A stretch of 25,110 nt of DNA, from NCBI GenBank assembly GCA_031285505.1, contig JAITVZ010000065.1:1-25110 (forward strand), written 5' to 3'. The translations under genes and the position numbers were made by a program. Under the pieces are notes generated by a model that did not search any database, was not told the origin of the DNA, and was given only the letters and a program-made list of their open reading frames with translations. The stretch is from Propionibacteriaceae bacterium. GTDB lineage: Bacteria > Actinomycetota > Actinomycetes > Propionibacteriales > Propionibacteriaceae. Shown here in pieces: positions 1 to 9,024 of the stretch. Positions within the stretch are counted from its first letter, which is position 1, and every line of letters starts with the position of its first letter.

Positions 1-74
1 GGTTATCTTGTCTTTTAGCATCTTTATGCCATGACACAAGAGCAGGGGAATGTCTGTTCAAGGAAGGGAACCAC

Positions 75-2057
75 ATGAATAATCCCATCAAGCGCCGCCT
101 TGGCTTGGCAATCGCTGGAGCCCTGGCACTCGGCAGCGTTGCCGCCAGCACTCCAGCTTCAGCCGATGAAGTCAACCTGATTCCCGACGCCGGGTTACGG
201 CAGTGTATTGTCGACGCACTGCACGACATGGGGCGAGGTTCCTCACCCGGACACCCGGACTACGCCTCCGAGGCCGACTCGATCTCGCAAGAGGATCTGG
301 ACCAGCTGGTTTGGAATAACGCTGCTAATGGAGCCATTTTTCTCAATTGCGGCCTGGCCGACAACCGAAGCTATGGCATCCAGGCGTTGTCCGGTCTCGA
401 GAATCTTCCAGTGGTCGATGTCGCCACTCTCTTCTTCGGTGGAAACCAGATCAGCGACCTCAGCCCACTGGCAGGGCTGACCAACCTGTCGTACCTTGAC
501 GCATCCGACAACCAGATCAGCGACCTCACACCCTTGGCCGGCGTGACTAAGCTGGCGTACTTAACTGTGGACAACAACCAGATCAGCGACCTCAGCCCAC
601 TGGCTGGGCTGCCCGCTTTGAATCGCCTTTCTGCATCCGATAACCAGATTAGCGATGTGACACCGCTGGCACAGTTGCAGTTGGGCAGCTTGCACTTGGC
701 CAACAACCAGATCAGCGACATCTCACCTCTGGCCAGTATCATCAATTCTGGCGACTATTTTGGCCCTGACACCGAGTATCTCACTGAGTGGAGTCTGGCG
801 GGCAACCACATCACTGACGCATCGGTGATCGACTGGGCGATCCTGAAGGAAGCCTGGGTCAGTGAGCCAAGCGAATATCAAGTGGAATCCGGCATTCGGG
901 CTGTTACGCGACAGACCAGCACCGCCAGCGGCGTGGCCGGCACGACCGTTCCCTTACCAGCCGTCACCACCGCCAAGGGCAGCCCCAACCCGATCACCTG
1001 GACCGTCAAATCCGGTGACGCCAGCATCGACGCCGCTGCCGGGAAGGTCACGTACAACTCCGCTGGACCGGTGATGCTGACCTGGTCGGACAGCTTGGCC
1101 GTGACCAAGGAATGCGCGCCCGGTGACGCGGGCTACTCAAGCACCCCGCCGCACTACATCTGCCTGAGCACCGGCCAACCACCGACCGGCACCGTCGATG
1201 TCTCCTTCTTCTCCGGCCAAGTCTCCGTCAATGTCACTGAGGCCGACGAAGAGCCGCCAACTCCGGATGCCCCTTCGACCGACACCACCAAAGACGACAT
1301 CATCGCCAGCTCAACGGGCGGGGCCGCCCGCCTGGCCGACGGTGACGACTCCTACGATGTCATCACCACCATCCGGTCGGCCGACGGCACCCCCCTGACT
1401 GGCTACGCCGACCGCTTGACCGCCACCGCCGCCAATGAGGTCAACCTTGGTGTCATCACCGACAACGGCGACGGCACCTACACCATCCAGGTGTCTTCCG
1501 ACACCCCAGGAAACTATGAAGTGACCATCACACTCGAGGATGAAAACGGCCAAGGCGTCATCATCGACAGCATCCCAGTCAACTTCATCGGCGCTGACAT
1601 CGATCAGCCCACCCGCCGCGTCAGCGACGAGCAAGCCGCCGACGGCCTGGGCTTCCTGCCTGGCGAACAGGTCAAGGTGACAGTTCACTCCGACCCGATC
1701 GAGCTGGGCACCCTGGCCGCCGATGCCAACGGCAGTGTGCCAGTCAGCTTCACCATTCCGGAAGGCTTCGACATCGGCCGCCACACCGTCGACTTCGTCG
1801 GCGAGACCTCCGGCGCCGTCAAGGTGGCCTTCGACGTCATCGACCCGTCGGCCATCACTGACCCGACCAACTCGGCTGACCCAACCACCGGCGGCGGTGT
1901 CGCCACCACGCCGACCGCACCAGGTGCTAAGGGTGACACCGGCGGTCAGGCTGGCGGCAGCCAGACTGACATCCTCCGGCTGGCCCTGATCGCCATGGCG
2001 CTGGGAGTCATTGCGACGGGCATTGTCACCCTGCGCCGGCGCAGCGACAACAGCTAA
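75..2057 (+). CDS. Secreted surface protein with N-terminal signal peptide and internalin-like 22-aa leucine-rich repeats (NQISDLSPLAGL...), followed by Ig-like beta-sandwich region. It ends in a KGDTGG motif, a hydrophobic segment and an RRRSDNS tail.
   Basis: AAGGAAGGGAA RBS before ATG at 75. The signal peptide reads MNNPIKRRLGLAIAGALALGSVAASTPASA. There are five or more tandem 22-aa LRR units. The C-terminal TM plus basic tail is visible in the translation. Confidence 0.8.
   Translation: MNNPIKRRLGLAIAGALALGSVAASTPASADEVNLIPDAGLRQCIVDALHDMGRGSSPGHPDYASEADSISQEDLDQLVWNNAANGAIFLNCGLADNRSYGIQALSGLENLPVVDVATLFFGGNQISDLSPLAGLTNLSYLDASDNQISDLTPLAGVTKLAYLTVDNNQISDLSPLAGLPALNRLSASDNQISDVTPLAQLQLGSLHLANNQISDISPLASIINSGDYFGPDTEYLTEWSLAGNHITDASVIDWAILKEAWVSEPSEYQVESGIRAVTRQTSTASGVAGTTVPLPAVTTAKGSPNPITWTVKSGDASIDAAAGKVTYNSAGPVMLTWSDSLAVTKECAPGDAGYSSTPPHYICLSTGQPPTGTVDVSFFSGQVSVNVTEADEEPPTPDAPSTDTTKDDIIASSTGGAARLADGDDSYDVITTIRSADGTPLTGYADRLTATAANEVNLGVITDNGDGTYTIQVSSDTPGNYEVTITLEDENGQGVIIDSIPVNFIGADIDQPTRRVSDEQAADGLGFLPGEQVKVTVHSDPIELGTLAADANGSVPVSFTIPEGFDIGRHTVDFVGETSGAVKVAFDVIDPSAITDPTNSADPTTGGGVATTPTAPGAKGDTGGQAGGSQTDILRLALIAMALGVIATGIVTLRRRSDNS
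444..760 (+). repeat. Tandem ~66-bp coding repeats (LRR units). The 29-mer AACCAGATCAGCGACCTCAGCCCACTGGC recurs exactly at 444 and 576.
   Basis: Direct inspection of the DNA and of the repeated NQISD(L/V/I)(S/T)PLA peptide units. Confidence 0.7.
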
Positions 2058-2073
2058 GTGTTGACACCAGCTG

Positions 2074-2107
2074 CTGGGGTTGAGCGGAGGCTTTCGTTCA
2101 ACCCCAG
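2074..2107 (+). terminator. Hairpin downstream of the LRR gene: CTGGGGTTGA / TCAACCCCAG 10-bp stem with a 14-nt loop. No clear U-tract.
   Basis: Inverted repeat seen 17 bp after the stop codon. Confidence 0.4.
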
Positions 2108-2267
2108 CCCTCGTCTTCTACCCCAATCGCAGTATCAATGACCTACTAGAGTCAGCCAAATCAGCCCGGCCGAAGAACGACCTGCTCCGCTCCGATTAGC
2201 GACGGCCTAGCCCGGGTCGAACTAAGAAATACTAGACAAAGGGAGTCAACGCCACCTTGGAGAGTCA

Positions 2268-3302
2268 ATGACCAGCCAGAGTCGATCGCACCGCCTACGC
2301 AACATGCTGCTGATCATCCTGGGCGTAATCCTGATCGCGGCTGGTTTCGTCGTTTCTCGGGCTTGGGCGACCCTCGACGCTGTGGCCAACGGCGGTGGCA
2401 CCACCGAGCCGATCGCCGGGCGCTATAACATCGCCTTGCTCGGCTCAGACTCGGCCGACTGGCGTGACGATGCCCGGATCGACTCGATCACCGTCGCCTC
2501 GGTCGACGCTGTCACCGGTCGCACCTTGCTGATTTCAACATCGCGGAGTCTGACGGCTTTTCCTTTCCCTGCCACCTCCCCACTGCATCAGCTTTATCCC
2601 GACGGCTATGTCTGCCCTGATCAAGAGCGCCAACCGTGCATGCTGACCACCATTTACCAACTCGGCCTGGACCACGCCGACCTTTATCCCGGCAGTGCCG
2701 ATCCAGGAGCCGAAGCCATGGTCGATGCCATCGAGGGCATCACCGGCTTGACGATGAACTACTACGCCTTGATCGACATGGACGGATTCGAGGGTCTGAT
2801 CGACGCACTCGGCGGGATCGACATCACAGTGAACCAGAGAGTGCCAATCGGAGCGGTCGGCATCACTGATTACTGGATCGAGCCAGGCAGCCACCACTTC
2901 AGCGGTCCCGAAGCTTTGTGGTACGTTCGCAGCCGCATCGACACCGACGACGCCGCCCGGACGATCCGCCAGCGATGCGTCATGTTGGCCATGCTCAATC
3001 AGGTAGACCCCGGAACCATCGCCAGTCACTTCTTCGATTTGATGAACGCTGCCAGCGATGTGGCTCAATCCAATGTGCCCATCAGCGCCGTCGCTGGCCT
3101 GGCTGACTTGGCCGCCAAGGCCACACGCTGGACCGTCACCACTATGACAATCTCACCGACGGCTTCGCCCACAGGCCAAGAGTCATATACCTTTATCACC
3201 GCCGAGGTGGCCGCTGCCGTCGCAGCTGCCGAGGCGCGTGACGACGGCGCTTCCTCCCCTGCCGACCTGACACAGGACTTGACGACCATTTGCGGCTACT
3301 GA
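2268..3302 (+). CDS. LytR-CpsA-Psr (LCP) family cell-envelope phosphotransferase, paralog 1, with an N-terminal TM helix.
   Basis: N-terminal TM helix. LCP-type motifs YNIALLGSDSADWRDDARIDSITVASVD and ALWYVRSRIDTDDAARTIRQRC. GGAG RBS 8 nt upstream of the ATG. Confidence 0.75.
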   Translation: MTSQSRSHRLRNMLLIILGVILIAAGFVVSRAWATLDAVANGGGTTEPIAGRYNIALLGSDSADWRDDARIDSITVASVDAVTGRTLLISTSRSLTAFPFPATSPLHQLYPDGYVCPDQERQPCMLTTIYQLGLDHADLYPGSADPGAEAMVDAIEGITGLTMNYYALIDMDGFEGLIDALGGIDITVNQRVPIGAVGITDYWIEPGSHHFSGPEALWYVRSRIDTDDAARTIRQRCVMLAMLNQVDPGTIASHFFDLMNAASDVAQSNVPISAVAGLADLAAKATRWTVTTMTISPTASPTGQESYTFITAEVAAAVAAAEARDDGASSPADLTQDLTTICGY

Positions 3303-3359
3303 AACCCGTGGTGGCCCGACATTGTCTCGGGCCTTTGAGCGCGTGGTGGGTGTGATACC

Positions 3360-3770
3360 TCAAACCAGCACGACAGTGATCAGGCCGCCCAGTTGCTGGA
3401 AGCCGGATAGATCGCGGGTGGCGACCGTCAGGCCGTGGGCCAGTGCCGTGGCGGCGATCATGCGGTCAATGCGCCGAGCTTTGACATCGCCTTCACGATC
3501 CGCGACATGCGCACAAATGCGCTGATAAGCGTTGACACATTGGTCATCGTATGGAATTCCCGGGCCGAAGAGGTTCGTCAACCCCTGGTATCTGGCCCAT
3601 CGCTGGCGGAAAACCTGCAGATCCCTTGTTGAGTAGATGCCCATGACCAGTTCTGAGAAACTGAGGCTCGACACAGTCAATCCGCTGTGTGCGCTGAGAT
3701 CGGGCGTCTGCTCGCCAGGTTCTCCGGTCGCGATCAGCACATTCGTGTCGAGGAGGACTACCGAACCCAT
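3360..3770 (-). CDS. vapC: PIN-domain toxin (VapC type).
   Basis: Starts MGSVVLLDTNVLI, the typical acidic PIN N-terminus. It overlaps the upstream antitoxin gene by 13 bp. Confidence 0.75.
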   Translation of the reverse strand: MGSVVLLDTNVLIATGEPGEQTPDLSAHSGLTVSSLSFSELVMGIYSTRDLQVFRQRWARYQGLTNLFGPGIPYDDQCVNAYQRICAHVADREGDVKARRIDRMIAATALAHGLTVATRDLSGFQQLGGLITVVLV

Positions 3771-4012
3771 GGGTCATCTGCCTGATCCGCCAAACGGTCG
3801 GCAGCAACTTCCCCAGACCAGCCTTTATCCACAGGGGTGGCCGCCAACAAGGCAGTGAATTGCTCAGCGGCGGCAGTTTTCACGCGAGTCGGGGGCACCA
3901 ATCTAGCGACCTCTTGGTGATAGCGGGTCACCGTAACGGATTCGCCATCGATCACTGACTCGATGAATCTGGTTGGGTTTTGTCGCAGTTGCGCAATAGA
4001 AACCGTCTGCAT
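3758..4012 (-). CDS. Phd/YefM-type antitoxin partner of the PIN toxin.
   Basis: 84 aa, MQTVSIAQLRQNPTRFIESVIDGESVTVTRY... resembles Phd/YefM. Sits immediately upstream of the PIN gene on the same strand with overlap. Confidence 0.65.
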   Translation of the reverse strand: MQTVSIAQLRQNPTRFIESVIDGESVTVTRYHQEVARLVPPTRVKTAAAEQFTALLAATPVDKGWSGEVAADRLADQADDPWVR

Positions 4013-4109
4013 CTAACAAGTGTAGCTAATGTAGACACAATTGGCTGGAGTCGCACAACAAACATTTGCATGATATCGTGATACCGCTATCTACCGAAGG
4101 AAGGGTCTC

Positions 4110-4889
4110 ATGACTAATCCGACCAAGATCACCCGCCGACTGATCGCCAGCGGACTGGCTGTCTTTTGCATGGCCGCGGCGCTGACCCCAACCGCCCAGG
4201 CCGACGACACTCAACCCTTGACTGTCACACCAACCGGTTGGGTGGCCACTGGCTCCCAGTTCACGGTCTCCGGCGCCGACTGCGCCGCCAAGAACAACGG
4301 CTCCGACGAGGTCGTCATCACCGCCAGTTATGGCAGCGGCTCCGACTCTTGGGTGGTCAAGCCGGCCGCCGACGGCAGTTGGTCGACCGATCGGATCGCC
4401 GCCTACTGGGGCAACGGGCAGATCAGCGCCACCTGCGTGATGTACGACGAGTCAACCCCAAGCACCCAGGCCGCCAAACTGACCGAACCAGCAGCCGCTG
4501 GCATAGCCGCGGCGGCGGCATCGACCCGCCGCACCTTCGACTATGTCGCCCAGCCTTACGCCTTCACCGGCTTCGCTGCCAAGGGTGAGGTGACCGCCGG
4601 GGCGACAGTCACCATCAGCGGTGGCGGTTATGCGCCTGGTGAGACGGTCAGCTTCACCATCGGAAACGGCTTCTTCGCCAGCCTGGTGGCCGACGCCCAA
4701 GGCAACATCAAGGGCCAGATCACCATTCCGGCTGACGCCACTGTCGCCGGCGCGGCGGTCACCGCCCAAGGCCAAAGCAGCCGCCGAGCCGTCAGCGACG
4801 CCGTCGTGGCGGTCGCCGCCCCGGTATATAAGGCCGAAGTCGGCACCCCCACCTATGTCATGCCGGCCCTCGGCACTGACGTCATCTGA
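4110..4889 (+). CDS. Secreted Ala/Gly-rich hypothetical protein with signal peptide. Its C-terminal Ig-like segment resembles one in the LRR protein.
   Basis: Signal peptide MTNPTKITRRLIASGLAVFCMAAALTPTAQA. AGGAAGG RBS. GFAAKGEVTAGATVTISGGGYAPGETVSFTIGNG parallels GFLPGEQVKVTVHS...SFTIPEG of the 75..2057 protein. Confidence 0.6.
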   Translation: MTNPTKITRRLIASGLAVFCMAAALTPTAQADDTQPLTVTPTGWVATGSQFTVSGADCAAKNNGSDEVVITASYGSGSDSWVVKPAADGSWSTDRIAAYWGNGQISATCVMYDESTPSTQAAKLTEPAAAGIAAAAASTRRTFDYVAQPYAFTGFAAKGEVTAGATVTISGGGYAPGETVSFTIGNGFFASLVADAQGNIKGQITIPADATVAGAAVTAQGQSSRRAVSDAVVAVAAPVYKAEVGTPTYVMPALGTDVI

Positions 4890-4955
4890 CTCGCCGCAGC
4901 TGGCTGTCAACCAGCGGCAAATCGCCGCAAATCAACCCTTCCGAAGAGCCCGCCA

Positions 4956-5074
4956 CCTTGAGGTGGGTTGGCCAACTTTCCAGCCAGAAAGCGGTGGCCA
5001 ACCCACCTCAAGGGACAGCACTTGCGCTAAGGCCAAGAGTGATCGGCGTGACCGGGCTAACCCACCTCAAGGGA
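4956..5074. repeat. Intergenic repeat element. A perfect 19-bp inverted repeat (CCTTGAGGTGGGTTGGCCA at 4956-4974 / TGGCCAACCCACCTCAAGG at 4995-5013) is separated by a 20-nt loop. A third partial direct copy (AACCCACCTCAAGGGA) lies at 5059-5074.
   Basis: Seen directly. Lies between the 4110..4889 gene and the sortase-like gene. Confidence 0.6.
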
Positions 5075-5244
5075 CTAACCCATACGTCAGGCAGGCGAAT
5101 GTGGTTGGTCACCGACATCAGAGCCGCCACATCAGTTGATCCCCGACGCTCGGCGAATGACGGCCAAAGTTGATAGTCACCAAGCTCAGCCATCAGATGG
5201 CGACAACAGCCAGCCAACATTGGTTCCGACAAGGGAGGACCATC

Positions 5245-6012
5245 ATGAATCGACACGACCCAGCGGGGCACCCGCGATTGAACGGGCGACGACTGGTGGG
5301 CCTGTTGGCCGCTCTGGCGGTCGTGGCCGTGGCGGTGGCCATCGTCTTGACGGTCGGCTCTCGCTGGTTTGGTGGTGCGGGTGAGCCCGCCACCGGCAGT
5401 CAGGCCAGCCCGGCCGTCTCTGACAGTTCACCAGCTTCAACCTCGGCACTATTGCCGCCCATTGCCAAAGCCGATCCGATTCGGGTGACGATCGCCGATA
5501 TCAATGTTGACGCTCCGGTTGAGCTCTACACCGTCGCCATGGCCCAGGGGGCCAACAACCCCTTGACCGGCGAGCCATGCTTCAGCGATGACCGCATCAG
5601 TTGCGTCAACCCACCGGGCTTCGATCGGGCTTACTGGCTGAAGGCCGGTGAGGGCGGCATCCCCTTCGGCGATCAGGCGGGCCAAAACGCTGGTGGCACG
5701 GTCTACCTGGTAGGCCACGCCGCCGCCAACCAGGAAGCCTTGTTCAACAATCTCTATCAACTGACCCCTGGGGCGACGATCAAGGTCGGCACCGCCAATG
5801 GCCAAGTCGCTTATCAGGTGCAAGAGGTGGTCATCCTCGACAAATCCGACTGGTCATCCTCGGCCTATGCCAACGATCAAGTGCCCGGGCGGCTGGTCAT
5901 CGGCACCTGCTATCACGGCGATGATGCTGTCATCGGCCAATCGGGATCGTCGGCCCAGAACGTCCTGGTGATCGCCCAGACCGAAGTCAGCAACCTGGTC
6001 ATCGGCGGGTGA
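5245..6012 (+). CDS. Sortase-like transpeptidase-fold protein (class E/F-like). It has an N-terminal TM anchor and His (YLVGHAA) and Cys (LVIGTCY) motifs, but no Arg after the Cys.
   Basis: AGGGAGGA RBS before ATG at 5245 (ORF track start 5170 is probably too long). Sortase-like IADINVDAPV beta-strand motif, GTVYLVGH and LVIGTC. TGA stop immediately followed by ATG of the next gene. Confidence 0.5.
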   Translation: MNRHDPAGHPRLNGRRLVGLLAALAVVAVAVAIVLTVGSRWFGGAGEPATGSQASPAVSDSSPASTSALLPPIAKADPIRVTIADINVDAPVELYTVAMAQGANNPLTGEPCFSDDRISCVNPPGFDRAYWLKAGEGGIPFGDQAGQNAGGTVYLVGHAAANQEALFNNLYQLTPGATIKVGTANGQVAYQVQEVVILDKSDWSSSAYANDQVPGRLVIGTCYHGDDAVIGQSGSSAQNVLVIAQTEVSNLVIGG

Positions 6013-7005
6013 ATGAGCGCGACTGACCCCGTCGGACGGCGATCAATCCTGGCGCCACCCCGCCCTCGACCGCAGCGGCGACTGGCGCTGATCGTCATCG
6101 CCGTTCTATCGCTGATCATCCTGCTAGCCGCCAGTGACGTCATCGCCTTGGTCAGTCGGGTCGAACGGGTCGACCTGCCCCGGGCCACCCTGGCTGTGGC
6201 CGACGCCGGGCAAACCTGGGTGATTGTCGGATCAGACAACCGCGACTGGACAGTCGGCGACGATTCAATCTATGGGCGGGGAGCCACGCGGGTGGGCGAC
6301 CACGCTGACATCGTCATCGTCATCCACCAAACTCCCCAGGGCAATCATGCCCTGGTGCTGCCCCGCGACCTCTGGGTGACGCCAGCCGATGGCCAGACCG
6401 GCCGCTTGACGATGATGATGGCTCGCAGCCCGGCCACCTTCGCCGAGGCGATGTGTTTGACCTTGGGCATCCCAGTCGATCACCTGTTGATGGTCCGGAT
6501 GAGCACCTTCGTCAATGTCATCGACGCCATCGGTGGGGTGGCGATCGACTTCCCCTATGACACCCGCGACGCCGAATCGAACCTGTCGATCGGCGCTGGT
6601 CGCCAGCAACTCGATGGCGCGATGGCCTTGGCTTTTGTCCGCTCGCGCCAGGCCGAGCAGCTGATCGACGGGCAGTGGGTGGGCGTCGACAAGATCACTG
6701 GGGCCAGCAAAGATCGGCCAACCGCCGCCGCCCAGGTGATGTCGCAGCTGGTGACCCGGATCAAGAGTGAACGCAATCCGCTGGTCTGGCAGAGTCTGGC
6801 CTGGTCACTGAGCGGCGGATCGGTGATTGATCGAAACAGCTCCTTGCTCGATCTGCCGGGGCTGATCGGCGCCTTGGATGAGCCGATCACTGTCCTGCCG
6901 GTCTCCGCCGACAGTGGCAAGATCGTCGACCTGCCGTCAGATGCCAGTTGGGCGGCCTTGACGGCGGCCGGTTACGCGCGAGCTGGTTGTCAGATCGGCG
7001 GCTGA
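6013..7005 (+). CDS. LytR-CpsA-Psr (LCP) family protein, paralog 2, with an N-terminal TM helix.
   Basis: N-terminal TM helix. Motifs TWVIVGSDNRD, GDHADIVIVIHQT and ALAFVRSRQAEQ match LCP family conservation. Start abuts the sortase-like stop. Confidence 0.75.
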   Translation: MSATDPVGRRSILAPPRPRPQRRLALIVIAVLSLIILLAASDVIALVSRVERVDLPRATLAVADAGQTWVIVGSDNRDWTVGDDSIYGRGATRVGDHADIVIVIHQTPQGNHALVLPRDLWVTPADGQTGRLTMMMARSPATFAEAMCLTLGIPVDHLLMVRMSTFVNVIDAIGGVAIDFPYDTRDAESNLSIGAGRQQLDGAMALAFVRSRQAEQLIDGQWVGVDKITGASKDRPTAAAQVMSQLVTRIKSERNPLVWQSLAWSLSGGSVIDRNSSLLDLPGLIGALDEPITVLPVSADSGKIVDLPSDASWAALTAAGYARAGCQIGG

Positions 7006-7252
7006 GCTGGGATTGCCACTGCGTGACCTGGCCCCTCCACCACTTTCACCGCCGCAATCTCCGACCTCTGGCACATGCGCCTGCAGGCTTGATCAGCAAT
7101 TTCGTCCAATATCCCCCAACCAGTACCAGCATCGATCAGCCCCTGGCCCAATCCAGATGCCTGCGATAATGCCTTGACCCGGTTTTGTCCCTGGCAACTG
7201 CTAGCATGTCAACATGCTTCGACGACGATGCCGAATGGCTGTCGCGCCTTAA

Positions 7253-8629
7253 TTGATTGGAACTTACATGCCTGACCAAACCCCCGCCGATTCACCGCAA
7301 CGACCCAACCAGCCTCGCCCAGCCACCCCACCAGTGCCGACTGGCCCCAGCCGCCCATTATCAGCCGTCAAACCACGAATCATCGGCCAGACCAGCGACC
7401 GCTTAGCCGATCCCGTTGGCCCGGCGGTGGAGACTACGACGCCCAGCGACCACCCCGCGTCCAACACCCCGGCTACTGCCGACGGCTCTGCGCTTTCGGC
7501 CGCCAAACCAAAGGCCTCAGATGGCAGCTCCGCGGCCACTGTCAGCCCCCAGGCAAACCGCCCGTCGACCTCAGCTGATCAAGCGGCGCCCCATCTTGGC
7601 GGTGTCAATGCTCAGCTCAGCACCTCAAGCGCGACCGAAGCAGCATCTCTACCATCGAAGAGCGGCCTGTCGGCTGGCCCGGCCTCCTCCGGTAGGCCCC
7701 AGCCGACAGCTGCCATCGTCAACGAGGCTGCCGCCACCACCGATCCCCTGTCCGAGCGCCCGGCTTACAACATCGACGGCATCCTTGGCCTGTTGGTGGT
7801 TCTGGTCGGCTTCATCGGCGGCATCTTGCTCTGCGTTTTCGCTGGAGTCACCTCTCGTGATGGTTCGCTGACCGCCGGAGGCACCGCCATGCTGATCCTC
7901 GGGCTGCTGCTGTTGGTGGTCGACATGCTGGCCTGGACCAGTCTGACGGTGGTGGCCCCCGGCACCACCAAGGTCCTGCAATTCTTCGGCAATTATGTCG
8001 GCACTGTTCGCACGACCGGCTTGCGGCTGGTGATGCCTTTGACCAACAAACGGGCCGTCTCGGTCAAGGTACAAAACTTCGAGACCCGCGAGATCAAGGT
8101 CAACGATTCGCAGGGCAACCCGGTGATCATCGCCGCCATCATTGTCTGGCAGGTCCATGACACCGCCAAAGCCGTCTTCAGCGTCGAGAAATATGAGAAA
8201 TTTGTCACTGTCCAAGCCGAGGCGGCCCTGCGTCATATCGCCACCATCCACCCCTACGACAACGGTGAGGCTGGCGAAGCCACGCTGCGCGGCGCCACCG
8301 ATCAAGTGGCCGCCGAATTGGCCAAGGAAGTGGCCGAGCGGGTGGCAATTGCCGGAGTCACCATCACCGAGACGCGGATCTCATCCTTGTCATACGCGCC
8401 GGAAATCGCCTCGGCGATGCTGCAGCGCCAACAGGCCCAAGCGGTGTTGGCCGCTCGGGCGAAGATCGTCGAAGGGGCGGTCACCATGGTCGAGTCAGCC
8501 CTGGACCGCCTCGAACGCGAAGACGTCGTCAAGCTGAATGACGACCGCAAGGCCGCCATGGTGTCAAACCTGCTGGTGGTGCTCTGCTCTGATTCTCGTG
8601 CCATGCCGACGGTCAACACCGGGGCGTGA
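7253..8629 (+). CDS. SPFH/Band-7 (stomatin/flotillin-like) membrane protein with a long Pro/Ala/Ser-rich N-terminal region and two TM segments. True start may be ATG at 7268.
   Basis: SPFH-like core VLQFFGNYVGTVRTTGLRLVMPL...QNFETREIKVNDSQGNPVIIAAIIVWQV. Hydrophobic helices LLVVLVGFIGGILLCVF and MLILGLLLLVVDML. Confidence 0.7.
   Translation: MIGTYMPDQTPADSPQRPNQPRPATPPVPTGPSRPLSAVKPRIIGQTSDRLADPVGPAVETTTPSDHPASNTPATADGSALSAAKPKASDGSSAATVSPQANRPSTSADQAAPHLGGVNAQLSTSSATEAASLPSKSGLSAGPASSGRPQPTAAIVNEAAATTDPLSERPAYNIDGILGLLVVLVGFIGGILLCVFAGVTSRDGSLTAGGTAMLILGLLLLVVDMLAWTSLTVVAPGTTKVLQFFGNYVGTVRTTGLRLVMPLTNKRAVSVKVQNFETREIKVNDSQGNPVIIAAIIVWQVHDTAKAVFSVEKYEKFVTVQAEAALRHIATIHPYDNGEAGEATLRGATDQVAAELAKEVAERVAIAGVTITETRISSLSYAPEIASAMLQRQQAQAVLAARAKIVEGAVTMVESALDRLEREDVVKLNDDRKAAMVSNLLVVLCSDSRAMPTVNTGA
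8393..8629 (+). repeat. Direct repeat copy 1 (237 bp), the intact 3' end of the SPFH gene.
   Basis: Base-by-base alignment with 9372-9607. Identity is about 95 percent, with several substitutions and one 1-bp indel. Confidence 0.85.
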
Positions 8630-8736
8630 TGTGACAAACGGGCAATCCACCCTGAAAGCCTTCCTCAGAACAACACTCTTAGATACTTTTGATTGCTTTT
8701 GGTGCACCACCGTTCACTAAAAGCATGAACTCTAAG

Positions 8737-9015
8737 TCAGCCATTGAATGGTTGGGAATGTTGATACAGATATTCTGGTGACACATCAATATTGACGTCT
8801 GGCCAGGTTGGCACACCGCCATCAAGTGCAACGCGCGTAAATGTTTGAGTATCGCGCAATTGTGCGAACACTCCAGCGCTCAGGAGTGGCGTCATATCAA
8901 CGGTTTTCTCTTCGCCGGTGGAGAAGCGTAGCCATAGTCGGTGATCAGGTTGGGCTTGAATACCGACCACGGTGATAAGTGGTTCAGCGTAAGCGATTCC
9001 ATTGATAATATGCAT
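8737..9015 (-). CDS. DUF2442-family small protein, downstream member of a DUF4160/DUF2442 pair.
   Basis: 92 aa. LWLRFSTGEEKTVDMTPLL...WPDVNIDVSPEYLY resembles DUF2442 conservation. Lies in an A+T-rich segment. Confidence 0.6.
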   Translation of the reverse strand: MHIINGIAYAEPLITVVGIQAQPDHRLWLRFSTGEEKTVDMTPLLSAGVFAQLRDTQTFTRVALDGGVPTWPDVNIDVSPEYLYQHSQPFNG

Positions 9016-9024
9016 ATTAGTAAT

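Noticed and set aside
371-745. 124-aa minus-strand ORF with repeated SLIWL motifs
   Set aside because: It is the antisense reading of the LRR tandem repeats in the 75..2057 gene. The periodicity comes from the sense-strand repeats, and it has no RBS or start context.
7190-7230. GCATG-TCAA-CATGC short inverted repeat upstream of the SPFH gene as a regulatory site
   Set aside because: Only 5-bp arms. Too short to distinguish from chance in GC-rich DNA.
7649-8305. 218-aa minus-strand ORF inside the SPFH gene
   Set aside because: Antisense ORF typical of high-GC DNA. The sense strand carries a recognisable SPFH domain. The many other plus/minus overlapping ORFs in the track (e.g. 1311..1784, 2535..3068, 4452..4910, 21653..22421, 22922..23357) were discarded for the same reason.
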